Below the pieces are notes generated by a model, which was not told the origin of the DNA, ran no database searches, and saw only the letters and a program-made list of their open reading frames with translations. From positions 32,001-96,000 of the forward strand of contig CAVQUB010000033.1 of the NCBI GenBank assembly GCA_963716725.1: 64,000 nucleotides of DNA. Direction: 5' to 3'. This document shows positions 1-9,229 of the stretch, in pieces. A program made the position numbers and the translations under genes. Numbering within the stretch: the stretch's first letter is position 1; each line of letters begins with the position of its first letter. The stretch comes from an uncultured delta proteobacterium (GTDB lineage: Bacteria; Myxococcota_A; Polyangia; Polyangiales; Polyangiaceae).

Positions 1-148
1 GCGTCCAGCCTACGCCGGGCTTCGAACGAGGTCGAGCGTCGCCGGTGGGCGACCGGCGCACTCCATCCAGGGGCTTGGCCCCCCGTTCGGAACAACGGGG
101 TCCGGAGCGGTCTCGCGCTGGCGCGCCGTCGAGGTTCGACTTCGCGCT

Positions 149-1060
149 ATGCTCGCCGCGACGATGCCTCTCGGCCCGCATGACGGCGTGCTCTTGGTCG
201 CCCACGGCACGGTGAGCGATCTCGACGATCTGCCTGCGTTCCTCGCCCAGATCCGACGGGGTCGGCCTGCGCCGCCCGCGCTCGTGGCCGAACTGCGCCA
301 CCGCTACCAGACCATCGGCGGCTCGCCGCTGCTCGACATCACCCGCGCCCAGGCCACGGCGCTCTCGAAGCGCCTCGACGCGCCGGTGCTGGTGGGCATG
401 CGCCTCTGGCGTCCAACCGTCGAGGACGTGCTGCGCGGGATCGCCGGGCTGAAGCTGCGCCGCCTGTGCGTGCTGCCCCTCGCGCCCTTCTCGGTGCACG
501 TCTACCTGTCGGCGGCCCAGGAGTCCTTCGCCGCCATGCGGCAGGAGCTCGGTCCGCTCGCGCCCGAGCTGGTTCCCACCGAGCCCTGGGGAACCGAGCC
601 GGCCTTCGTCGAGGGACTCGCGGAGTCGATCCGCGCTCGCCTGAGCGACAACGCCAAGACGACCAGCGTGGTGCTCACGGCGCACAGCCTGCCGACCCGC
701 GCGATCCGCGAGGGCGATCCCTACGAGGCGCAGTTCCGCGCCTGCGCGACCGCGGTCAGCGAGCGTCTGGGTCGTCGATGCGTGGTGGCCTTCCAGAGCC
801 AGGGCGCCGACGGCGGCGACTGGCTCGGTCCGGATCTGAAGAGCGTGCTCGAGGGCGAGCGCGCTGCCGGAAGCGAGCGCGTGGTGCTGGCCCCCATCGG
901 CTTTCCCGCCGAACACGTCGAAACGCTCTACGATCTGGACGTGGAGGCGGCGGGCTGGGCCCGGGAGCTCGGGCTCGAGTTGTCGCGCGTGCGTGCCCTC
1001 GACGACGACCCTCGGTTGATCGACGCGCTCGAGTCGGTGGTGCGTCGCGCTTTCGGCTGA
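149..1060 (+). CDS. hemH: Ferrochelatase
   Basis: Motifs YxxIGGSPL, TAHSLP..GDPY, FQSQG...WLGP and PIGFxxEHVETLYDLD; start may be the ATG at 164. Confidence 0.93.
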   Translation: MLAATMPLGPHDGVLLVAHGTVSDLDDLPAFLAQIRRGRPAPPALVAELRHRYQTIGGSPLLDITRAQATALSKRLDAPVLVGMRLWRPTVEDVLRGIAGLKLRRLCVLPLAPFSVHVYLSAAQESFAAMRQELGPLAPELVPTEPWGTEPAFVEGLAESIRARLSDNAKTTSVVLTAHSLPTRAIREGDPYEAQFRACATAVSERLGRRCVVAFQSQGADGGDWLGPDLKSVLEGERAAGSERVVLAPIGFPAEHVETLYDLDVEAAGWARELGLELSRVRALDDDPRLIDALESVVRRAFG

Positions 1061-1097
1061 GCTTGTGCCCCGCGCTCGCTCTCCGTAGCATTGGGGC

Positions 1098-3254
1098 ATG
1101 AGCCTCTCGAAGCGCAGCATCATCGCCGTAGCTCTCGCCGCGTTTGCACTCGCCCACGCCTGCGGAGGCGATGAGGGCGGCGGCGTCGCCGGCAACACCG
1201 GCGGATCGCTCAACACGGGCGGCAACGGCGCGACGGGTGGCAGCGGCACCGGCGGCGACGCAAGCTTGAACTTCGACGGGCCGCAGGGCGAGGTCGAGTC
1301 GATCAGCATCGAGCCGTCGACGGCGGTGATTGACGTGGTCAACGGCACCAGCACGCCAGCGCAGTTCAAAGCCGTGGGCAAGCTCAAGACCGGCGGCGCC
1401 GCGGCGGTGCCCGCGACCTGGAGCTTCGACCGCGTCGATCTCGGGGTGATCTCCTCGGCCGCTAGCCTGAAGGCTCACGGCAACAAGGGCGGATCCGGGA
1501 CCGTGACGGCGACCTTCGGCACGCTCACCGCGACGGCCACGGCCACCATCAACCTGAAGCTCGAAGACGACACCGCCAGCCTGACGCCTGCCGACAAAGC
1601 GAAGTTTGCGACGCCCGATTCGAACCCCAGCGGCACGCTGCTCTACCCCTACGACAAGACCGTGTTCGCGCGGGGCATCTTGGCGCCCGAGTTGATGTGG
1701 AGCGGCGGCGGGGCGGGGGACAAGTACAAGCTCGAGATCAGCGACAAGGGCGTGTCGCTGGTGGCCTACTTCAGCGCCGATCCGCCCAGCCGCTTCACGA
1801 TGAAGAAGGAGTGGTGGACGGCGCTCACCGAGAGCAGCGACGGCTCGCCGGTCAGCGTGAAGCTCTCGCGCCTCGACGCTGCCGGTACCGCGCATCAAGC
1901 CATGGCGCAGACTTGGAAGATCGCGCCCGGCAGCTTGCGCGGCACCATCTACTACTGGGCGGTGAACCTCGGGCAGATCGTCAAGATCAACCCGGGCGCT
2001 GCCGCCCCGGTGCCGGCCTTCGATCCGGGAGTCGCGAGCCAGCTGGGCAACCCCGCGCCGGTCGGCGGCTACCAGAACGAGAACCCGCCCTGGGACTCTG
2101 CGGGCGGCGGCAAGCGCTGCGTGGCCTGTCATACCGTCAGCAAAGACGGCTCGACCTTGGCGGCGAGCTTCAGCGCTTGCGAGAAGGCCAAGACCGGCTG
2201 CGCCCGACCCTGGGGCATCGTCGACACCGCCACCGAGAAGATCAAGCTCATCAGCACCTATCAGCCCGCGCCGGCCATCTACTCGGCGCTGAACCCCGAC
2301 GGCAAGCGGCTGGTCACGGACACCACGAGCTTCAAGATGAACATGTTCGACTCGGCGACGGGCGCGCCCATCGCGTCGGCCCTCGACGGCTACTCGCAGG
2401 TCGCCGTTCCGCAGTTCTCCCCCGACGGCAAGCTGATGGCCTTCGCGTCGAACACCACCGGCGCCTATCCGGTGGAGTTCAGCAAGTCCGATCTCGACGT
2501 GGTCGACGTCGATCTCGCCACGGCGCCGTATTTCACCAATCGACGCACGATCCAGGTGGCGGCGGCGTCGAACGAGGTCATCAGCTTTCCGAGCTTCTCG
2601 CCGGACAGCAAGTGGGTGTTCTACCAGCGAGGCAACTACAGTCGGGCCAGCTACCAGACCGTGGCGGGTGGCCCGCTGCTCACCGGGTTCAACGACTTGT
2701 TCATGGCGGACGTCGACAAGAACCTGGGCCAGATCAAGCTCGCGCTGGCCAATGGCGAGGGCACGCTGCCGGCCAAGGAGGCCAAGCGCAACTACCAGCC
2801 GCGGGTGAACCCCGTGGCCGTCGGGGGCTACGCCTGGGTGGTCTTCGTCAGCCCCCGCGACTACGGCAACCGGATGCAGTCGGCGAGCGACGCCACCGTC
2901 GAAAACCGCAAGCAGCTCTGGGTCGCGGCCATCGATCTGAACCCGGCGCCCGGCGCTGATCCGAGCCATCCGGCCTTCTGGTTGCCGGGACAGGATCAGA
3001 AGACCATCAACATGGACGCCTACTGGGCCCTCGAGCCGTGCAAGCAGAACGGACTCGACTGCAACGAAGGCTACGAGTGCTGCACCGGGTTCTGCCGCGA
3101 TCAGGGTGATGGCACCTTCAAGTGCGTTCCGCCGCCCACCAACGACTGCGCCTTGGTCAGCGAGAAGTGCACCACCACGGCCGACTGCTGCGTGAAACCC
3201 GGCTCCAAGATCCAGTGCATCGGCGGGTTCTGCGCCTTGCCGGGACCGGCCTGA
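1098..3254 (+). CDS. Lipoprotein with Ig-like domain, TolB/PD40-like beta-propeller, CxxCH motif and Cys-rich C-terminus
   Basis: Lipobox (LAHAC), Gly-rich linker, PQFSPDGK and PSFSPDSK PD40 repeats, CVACH at 2118-2132. Confidence 0.7.
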   Translation: MSLSKRSIIAVALAAFALAHACGGDEGGGVAGNTGGSLNTGGNGATGGSGTGGDASLNFDGPQGEVESISIEPSTAVIDVVNGTSTPAQFKAVGKLKTGGAAAVPATWSFDRVDLGVISSAASLKAHGNKGGSGTVTATFGTLTATATATINLKLEDDTASLTPADKAKFATPDSNPSGTLLYPYDKTVFARGILAPELMWSGGGAGDKYKLEISDKGVSLVAYFSADPPSRFTMKKEWWTALTESSDGSPVSVKLSRLDAAGTAHQAMAQTWKIAPGSLRGTIYYWAVNLGQIVKINPGAAAPVPAFDPGVASQLGNPAPVGGYQNENPPWDSAGGGKRCVACHTVSKDGSTLAASFSACEKAKTGCARPWGIVDTATEKIKLISTYQPAPAIYSALNPDGKRLVTDTTSFKMNMFDSATGAPIASALDGYSQVAVPQFSPDGKLMAFASNTTGAYPVEFSKSDLDVVDVDLATAPYFTNRRTIQVAAASNEVISFPSFSPDSKWVFYQRGNYSRASYQTVAGGPLLTGFNDLFMADVDKNLGQIKLALANGEGTLPAKEAKRNYQPRVNPVAVGGYAWVVFVSPRDYGNRMQSASDATVENRKQLWVAAIDLNPAPGADPSHPAFWLPGQDQKTINMDAYWALEPCKQNGLDCNEGYECCTGFCRDQGDGTFKCVPPPTNDCALVSEKCTTTADCCVKPGSKIQCIGGFCALPGPA

Positions 3255-3348
3255 CCTCCGCCCGACTCGGCAAGGGGAGGGCTATCCTCCGGCCCGCGTA
3301 GAACGACATGTGTCGCAGAGCGCGAAGAACCACGCTAGAAGAGGCGCC

Positions 3349-4425
3349 GTGAAGAAGCGGCGCAGGCAGCCCACGCGAGTCGTTCCCCTCCGACTGCGGC
3401 TCTTCGGGCTGCTCTGCGTGCTGGTGCTCGGGGTCGGCTGTCCTTGTGTGAAGGGACCCGTCAACGCCAGCCCCGGCCTTCGCTGGTGGCTGTTCTCGAA
3501 CTTCGGCGCGCAGAAGGTCTGTCCGGAGATGCTCAAGCGCGGCGCGCCGCTGAAGCTGACGCCCACCGGCAACACCATCGGGCGCTTCTTTCCCACGCGC
3601 TGCCAGCACGAGATCCACGACGACCGCAAGGCCATGACCTTGCACTTTGGCGGGACGGGCTTTGCCTGGACACCGGTCGCGGGGCGCGTCGGGTTCTCGG
3701 TGGAGACCTCCATCGAATACAATTTCGACTTCTTCATGTCGGACGACGACATCTATGTCTGGGCCAAGCAGCCGCAGATCCTCCGTGGACCGGATTTTCA
3801 AGTGGGCTCCGTCGAGAACACGGTCGTCAACTGGGGCCTGAAGTCGCCGGCCGGATCGATGGTCAATCAGTTCGGCTCGCAGATCGTGTCCAGCCAGCTC
3901 GCGAGCGGCTTCACGGTGCTGCACGGCGACGACGGTGACGACTTCACCTTGGGCATCTTGCAGCCGCCGCAGAAGCCCCGGCACCCCTACGACACGTCCA
4001 AGGGCGAGCGCTTCGTCTTTGCCAACGAGACCACCGAAATCCGCGCCAACCAAATGGACTTCCTCGGTCCCTTCGAGGTCGCGGACGACGAGCAAGCGCT
4101 GTTCTTCCGCATGCGCGTGGACGGGCCCGCGGTCGAAGCCATGCTCTTCCCGCGAGGCACGGCCGATCTCTGGCGCGAGGCGCTGCAGAAGGGCGCGCCC
4201 CTCGGTCCGCCGCCCGGTCCGCCGGTCACGGGCTTTGCGCTGCAGCCCGGAGTGGATCTGAAGAAGCGCATCCCGGTGCGCCAGGGTCAGTACTACCTGG
4301 TGGTCGACAACTCGGCTGCGGTGGGTCAAGTCTCGCCGCCGTGGAACCCGCTCGCCGTCGTCGGCGGCGCCGCAGCGGTGGTCTCGTACGTGGCAGAGAT
4401 CGGCGACGACGACGACGAGTTCTAG
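3349..4425 (+). CDS. Hypothetical lipoprotein
   Basis: GTG at 3349 after AGAAGAGG; basic N-terminus, hydrophobic stretch and VGC lipobox; strong GC3 bias. Confidence 0.7.
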   Translation: MKKRRRQPTRVVPLRLRLFGLLCVLVLGVGCPCVKGPVNASPGLRWWLFSNFGAQKVCPEMLKRGAPLKLTPTGNTIGRFFPTRCQHEIHDDRKAMTLHFGGTGFAWTPVAGRVGFSVETSIEYNFDFFMSDDDIYVWAKQPQILRGPDFQVGSVENTVVNWGLKSPAGSMVNQFGSQIVSSQLASGFTVLHGDDGDDFTLGILQPPQKPRHPYDTSKGERFVFANETTEIRANQMDFLGPFEVADDEQALFFRMRVDGPAVEAMLFPRGTADLWREALQKGAPLGPPPGPPVTGFALQPGVDLKKRIPVRQGQYYLVVDNSAAVGQVSPPWNPLAVVGGAAAVVSYVAEIGDDDDEF

Positions 4426-4490
4426 GGAGATTCCGCTCCTGGTGCGAGCGCACCCGGCTCCTGCTCAGCGGAGCCGGAAGACGAGCTTGC

Positions 4491-5447
4491 CTACGGCAAG
4501 AACCGATACGTGAACGAGATCCACGGCAGGGCCGCGATCTCGGGCTCTTCTTCGGTGTCGAGGGGCCGCAGCAGCGCGAGATCGAGGGACCAGGTGCGAT
4601 ACGGGAAGCGGAAGCCGCCGCCCGCGAGCACGCCGCTGTACTCGCCGATCTCGCCGCCGAGGGGCACGGCCGTGTCGACCTCGACCAAGAGCGCGGCGCC
4701 GTCGGAGATGCGCCAGATGGCCCCCGCTCCGTTGACCATCATGGTGCCTGGGCCCGCGAGCATCACGTGACTCGAGAGGCTCGCGCTCGACTCGCATTCG
4801 TGATCGAAACACAGCTCGGCGACCGCGCCCACTCGGCCGAGCACGAAGTTGCCTTGATCGACGCCGAAGATCCCGGAGGCCGACCCCAGCGCCGCGAGGC
4901 GAAGCGGACCCTTTCGCACGAAGGCGCCTTTGAGGCTCAGATCGAAGAAGTAGACGCGGTCCGGACCATCCGAGATGGGTGGCACTCCGGTCAGCGTGAT
5001 CTGCGTTGCGTCGCTGATGGCGTAGCCCGCCTGCAGCAGCACGATCTCGTTGCTCGTGAAATACAGCGTGCCCTCGGGGTGCGTGTAGGCCGTGGGCAAG
5101 AGCAGGACGCGATCGGCGTGGGCATTGGCGACGCGTGCGTCGCGGCGCGGCGCCAGCGAAGGCGCTGGAGGAGTCCAGGGCGCGTAGGTCGGGGGCGCGT
5201 AGGTCGGGGGCGCGTAGGCGGGCGCCGCGTAGGCGGGCGCCGCGGGGTGGCCGGGTGGGGTGTACGCCGGCGCCGCCGGCGCGGGTGCCGGCGTGGCCGG
5301 CAGTTCACTCGGAGGTGTGACCCCGGGTTGGGGGGCAGGCGCGTCGGTGGCGGCGGTCGCGGGCTGCGCGATCGCTGACGCCATGGACACGAAGCACGCG
5401 CTCGCGGCCGTGATCGCCTGGGATCTCATCCGTGTCGTTCTGTGCAT
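4491..5447 (-). CDS. Putative outer-membrane beta-barrel protein with Pro-rich N-terminal region
   Basis: Signal peptide, YAAPA/YAPPT repeats, amphipathic strands, terminal ISFTYRF. Confidence 0.6.
   Translation of the reverse strand: MHRTTRMRSQAITAASACFVSMASAIAQPATAATDAPAPQPGVTPPSELPATPAPAPAAPAYTPPGHPAAPAYAAPAYAPPTYAPPTYAPWTPPAPSLAPRRDARVANAHADRVLLLPTAYTHPEGTLYFTSNEIVLLQAGYAISDATQITLTGVPPISDGPDRVYFFDLSLKGAFVRKGPLRLAALGSASGIFGVDQGNFVLGRVGAVAELCFDHECESSASLSSHVMLAGPGTMMVNGAGAIWRISDGAALLVEVDTAVPLGGEIGEYSGVLAGGGFRFPYRTWSLDLALLRPLDTEEEPEIAALPWISFTYRFLP
5179..5243. repeat. 15-bp coding tandem repeat (YAPPT/YAAPA)
   Basis: GGCGCGTAGGTCGGG x2, then GCCGCGTAGGCGGGC-type units. Confidence 0.7.
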
Positions 5448-5520
5448 CGGGGTGCTCGGGGCTCGGTGGTCAAGATCTGCCCGAGCTGCTACTTTCGCTC
5501 ATGTCGGGCCCGGTGTGGAC

Positions 5521-5536
5521 TGGTTCCGGCTTTGCA
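5521..5536 (+). promoter_or_regulatory. Putative sigma54 -24/-12 promoter
   Basis: TGGTTCCGGCTTTGCA has exact GG-N10-GC spacing, about 33 nt upstream of ATG 5569. Confidence 0.5.
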
Positions 5537-5568
5537 TTCACGTCGTGTTCCAACCCGAGCTCCCCGTG

Positions 5569-6168
5569 ATGCCCTCCCGCATTCGCCGCTTGATCCGCCT
5601 GGGATTGCCCCCGCTGGGGGCGGTGTTGCTGGGCCTCGCCTGCGGTCGCAGCGGGCTCGAGGCCGACGACTACGAGTGGATCGACGGTCAGCAGCCGCGG
5701 CCGGATGCAGCGGTGCCCGTTGGCCCGGACGCCCAGCAGGGTCCGTGTGTGCCCAGCGAAGAAGTCTGCAACGGTAAGGACGACGACTGTGACGGCCTGC
5801 TGGACGAGCTGTCACCCCTCCCGTGTCCCGACGGGGGGGAGCGCTACTGCGTGGGCGGGGCATCGAGCGCCTGCCCAGAGCGCTGCGAGGAGTGCATGCC
5901 CGGCAGCGAACGCATCTGCTTCCTCTCGTTCTGCAAGCACTGGGCGGTGCAGACCTGCACGGCCGACGGCAAGAGCTTCGGCAAGTGCCACGAAGAAGAT
6001 CCGCCGCCCGAGTGTGCCTCGGTGGCGAAGGACAAGAAGTACTCCAAGGAGCTCGAGCAGTGCTGTCTCGACAACGGCTACTGCTGTCGTGACACCTTCG
6101 ACCTCGACGACGACGGCAACACCGGCGAAATGCTCGGTGACTGCGAGGAAGTCCTGTGCAAGCCGTGA
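5569..6168 (+). CDS. Cys-rich lipoprotein with MopE-like putative metal-binding motif
   Basis: Lipobox LGLAC; EEVCNGKDDDCDGLLDE motif. Confidence 0.7.
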   Translation: MPSRIRRLIRLGLPPLGAVLLGLACGRSGLEADDYEWIDGQQPRPDAAVPVGPDAQQGPCVPSEEVCNGKDDDCDGLLDELSPLPCPDGGERYCVGGASSACPERCEECMPGSERICFLSFCKHWAVQTCTADGKSFGKCHEEDPPPECASVAKDKKYSKELEQCCLDNGYCCRDTFDLDDDGNTGEMLGDCEEVLCKP

Positions 6169-7019
6169 GGCGCTGCGCACAGGTGACCCTCGCGCTCTCG
6201 GCTCTGCTCGCTCAGCACCCGGCCGAGGCCGCGTGCAACCGCCCGGACATCCAGTTCGCGGTGCCGCCGGACGGTGCGGACGGCGTGCCGCCCAACGCCA
6301 AACTCTTCGCGCGTTACCGATCCAACGCCGAATATACCGGCGAAGAGATCAACTTGGAGCAAGTCGGCGGGAGCACGCAGCAGCTCACCGGCGAGTGGAG
6401 CTCTGCCGAGACCCTGCTCGGGGTGGTGCCTTCGCTGGAGCCGGGTGAGAGCTACAGCATCGACTGGCCGCGCCTTCGAGGCGTCAACTCGGCGAGCCTG
6501 GGCAAGGGCAAGACCGTGGCCTTCGACGTCGGATCCAGCCTCGACGAAGCGCCGCCCGAGTTCGGCGGCCTGTCGGGTGTCTCCTGGGACGTGGATCGCG
6601 AGCGCGACGACTGCACCGACAGCCTCGAAGAGCGCTACGTCTTCGACTTCGATCTGGGGCCGGCCAGCGATGACGGCGGACGCGAGTCGCTGATGGTGCT
6701 CCTGTTCCAAACCAAGGGCCCACACGTGAAGGGCGACGCTCCGGAGCCCGTCAGCGTGCAACGCATGCCACGAGCCGGAGACACGCTGCGGCTGACCCGG
6801 ACCCTCGACGACGGCGAAGGCGACGTGTGCTTCGCTGCGGTCGCGCGGGATCTGACCGGCAAGGTCAGCGCCAGCGGGGCAGAGGAGGTCTGTGTCGAGA
6901 CGGTGGCGCCGCCCTTCTTCAACGGCTGCAGCGCCACGCGGTCGCCCGCGCGAGGCGCTGCGCTCGCGCTCCTCGGCCTGCTGCTCGCGGGAGCCGTGCG
7001 CCGCCGGAGCCGGCGGTGA
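6165..7019 (+). CDS. Secreted Ig-like protein with MYXO-CTERM-like sorting tail
   Basis: GTGA overlap with upstream stop; signal peptide; C-terminal GC..hydrophobic..RRRSRR. Confidence 0.7.
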   Translation: MRRCAQVTLALSALLAQHPAEAACNRPDIQFAVPPDGADGVPPNAKLFARYRSNAEYTGEEINLEQVGGSTQQLTGEWSSAETLLGVVPSLEPGESYSIDWPRLRGVNSASLGKGKTVAFDVGSSLDEAPPEFGGLSGVSWDVDRERDDCTDSLEERYVFDFDLGPASDDGGRESLMVLLFQTKGPHVKGDAPEPVSVQRMPRAGDTLRLTRTLDDGEGDVCFAAVARDLTGKVSASGAEEVCVETVAPPFFNGCSATRSPARGAALALLGLLLAGAVRRRSRR

Positions 7020-8053
7020 GATCCCGCGCGGCGGCGCTCGTCGCGCTCTCGACCTTGGCGGCGCGGGCCCAAGAAGCGACCCCTCCGCCCGTGCCCGCGC
7101 CCTCGATCGCGCCCTCGGCCGCACCCACGCCTCCGATCGTGCCCGCACCCGCACCACCGAGCGCACCCGCGACCCCTCCCGACCCCCCAGCCATGGGTCC
7201 TCCCGTCGCCGTCTTCAACGTGCACCTGGCGCCGGGCATCGATCCCAGCCTGACCTCGCTGGTGGAGCGACAACTCGTCAAGAGCGCGCGCGAGCTCGGT
7301 TATTCGATCACCGATCCGCAGACGACGGCGCGAGTGCTCGCCGGGATGTCCGGCGGGCTGACGGCCGATCGCGCCTCCGCGCTGGTGCGCGACAGCGGAT
7401 CCGCCTTCGGTCTGTTCGCGAGCGTGACCAGCCTGCCGGGCCGCTATCGCGTCAGCGTGCAGGTGGCGCCGCGGGACGGTCCCGCCCGGACCGCCGAGGC
7501 CTCCGGGGTCTCGTCGGATCTGTACGCGTCGATCGACGTGGCGCTGCGTTCGATCTTGCCGGCGCCCGCGCCGCCTGCGCAGTCCGCGCCCGCACTGGCG
7601 CCTGCACTGGCGCCCTCTTCCGAGCCTTGGCCCGATGGCAGATTTCGTCTCGCCTTCGGTGGGGCTGCGGCCTTCGGCGTTTCACCGGGGCCCTTTCAGA
7701 ACTATCTCGCGGGCCTGCGCGCCGATCGCCGATTCAGCGACGACGCCTCCCTCGGCGTTGGCGTGTACTACGCCAACCTGAAGGGCAAGGACGGTCGCGC
7801 GCACAACTGGTTGCCCTGGGCGCTCTTCGAATATCGCGTGGATCTCGGGGCCGGCTGGGCGCTGCCGTTCCGTTTCGCCAGCGGCTATTTGCCCAAGAAC
7901 GGCCCCGTCGTGAAGACCGCCGTCGGTGTCGCGCTGCCGATCGGCGACGACCTCGAAATCAGCACCGAGCTCTTCGCCCCGACGGTGTGGATCACCCACG
8001 AACGCGCGGTGGTGTCGCTGGATGTCGCGGCCGAGGTCGGTATCACGTTCTGA
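7016..8053 (+). CDS. Putative outer-membrane protein (Pro-rich linker, C-terminal beta-barrel)
   Basis: GTGA overlap; signal peptide ending ARA-Q; terminal EVGITF. Confidence 0.6.
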   Translation: MRSRAAALVALSTLAARAQEATPPPVPAPSIAPSAAPTPPIVPAPAPPSAPATPPDPPAMGPPVAVFNVHLAPGIDPSLTSLVERQLVKSARELGYSITDPQTTARVLAGMSGGLTADRASALVRDSGSAFGLFASVTSLPGRYRVSVQVAPRDGPARTAEASGVSSDLYASIDVALRSILPAPAPPAQSAPALAPALAPSSEPWPDGRFRLAFGGAAAFGVSPGPFQNYLAGLRADRRFSDDASLGVGVYYANLKGKDGRAHNWLPWALFEYRVDLGAGWALPFRFASGYLPKNGPVVKTAVGVALPIGDDLEISTELFAPTVWITHERAVVSLDVAAEVGITF

Positions 8054-8068
8054 GCGCACAGCTTCGCG

Positions 8069-8084
8069 CGGCACGCACTTTGCT
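8069..8084 (+). promoter_or_regulatory. Putative sigma54 -24/-12 promoter
   Basis: CGGCACGCACTTTGCT is near-consensus TGGCACG-N4-TTGCW, upstream of the 8205 gene. Confidence 0.6.
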
Positions 8085-8204
8085 GGAGTTTGTTAGAGGC
8101 TGAACTGGCGTAGCGGGTTGCGTTCGCACCGGGTGAGCGAACACAATGCGGCCTTCGGGCCCTACCGATCGATGTGGCTCGGGCTTAGGTGTTTGGGGGA
8201 GACC

Positions 8205-8714
8205 ATGGAAAACGCCAAACCGCACGTCTTGCATCGCGTGGACGCGGTGGCCTTCGTGGAGAACGACATCGTCGCGTGTCGCACCTTCGAGATCGGGGTC
8301 GACGGAGCCAGCGTGAGCGCGGCCGCGCCTCACGCCACCGGGACCTTCGTTCGCCTCCAGTGCCACCTCGACGAGACCCACTGGTTGGACGCCGACGCGG
8401 TGCTGAACGAATGCACGCGCTACGGGGACGAATGGCATTGGCGGCTGCACTTCGTCTGCGTGAAGGCGCCCTCGCCCAGTGCTTTCGACCTCTTCCTCCG
8501 ACAGCGGGTGCGCCCCGTGTCGACCCAAGCACCGGCGCGTGGATTGGGACCACAGGCCAGTCCGAAGCCGACCCGCCCTCGGGAGTCTTCGCCGCCGCCG
8601 CGCCCGACCGGCCCGCCGCCTCGGCACCGGAGCGGCCCCGCGCCGGTCGCCTCGGATCAGGAGCTGGCCGCGCTGTATCGGGAAGCCCTCGACGCGCTGA
8701 AGACCAAGCGCTGA
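8205..8714 (+). CDS. Degenerate PilZ-like domain protein
   Basis: GGGGGAG RBS before ATG 8205; pattern CRTFEIGVDGASV...GTFVRL...WRLHF resembles the PilZ barrel. Confidence 0.5.
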   Translation: MENAKPHVLHRVDAVAFVENDIVACRTFEIGVDGASVSAAAPHATGTFVRLQCHLDETHWLDADAVLNECTRYGDEWHWRLHFVCVKAPSPSAFDLFLRQRVRPVSTQAPARGLGPQASPKPTRPRESSPPPRPTGPPPRHRSGPAPVASDQELAALYREALDALKTKR

Positions 8715-8725
8715 CTCTCTGAGCT

Positions 8726-9229
8726 TCACTCCGCCGGTGGGGGCGCCACGACCACCGAGTCGATGAGCCAGCCGTCTTTGGTCTTGGCAAACCCAAAGCT
8801 GACCCGGCGCTGGTCGCGTTGGGTCCCGCTGCCTCGGTCTCCGACCAGAGTGGCGCTGCCGCTCACCATCGCGCTGGAGCCGCCAGCGATCAGGTCCACC
8901 GAGCTCGCGTCGATCTCGACGTCCGCGCTGCGGAAGATGGTGCCGGCGCGGGTCGCCACCCCCACGAGTTCGGTCCGACCGGAGGAGATCTGCGTGAGCT
9001 CCGAAATGTCGACCCGCACGTTGGGCACGAAGAGCTTCTCGAATTTGTCGTGGAGGCGCTTGCCGCGAAAGATCGGGTTCTCGTCGGGACCGGACACGCG
9101 CACGGCCTGGGCGAGCTGGTCGAGTTGCTCGCGGATCAGCTCCTCGTCGGACTTCTTGGCGAAGACCGCGTAGAGCAGGATCGCGATGCCGAGCACGGCG
9201 GCGGCCACGGCGAGCGCGCGCCGATTCAC
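8726..9229 (-). CDS. Membrane-anchored NTF2/SnoaL-like hypothetical protein
   Basis: N-terminal TM helix; C-terminal FxKxxDGWLI motif typical of the NTF2 fold. Confidence 0.55.
   Translation of the reverse strand: MNRRALAVAAAVLGIAILLYAVFAKKSDEELIREQLDQLAQAVRVSGPDENPIFRGKRLHDKFEKLFVPNVRVDISELTQISSGRTELVGVATRAGTIFRSADVEIDASSVDLIAGGSSAMVSGSATLVGDRGSGTQRDQRRVSFGFAKTKDGWLIDSVVVAPPPAE

Noticed and set aside
756..2969. Long antisense and alternate-frame ORFs (e.g. 756-2969, 15384-18035, 31581-33536, 44708-46663)
   Set aside because: Shadow ORFs expected at high GC; they overlap well-supported genes and have no motifs
8106..8121. Second sigma54-like motif TGGCGTAGCGGGTTGC
   Set aside because: GG-to-GC spacing is 11, not 10; the 8069 site fits exactly
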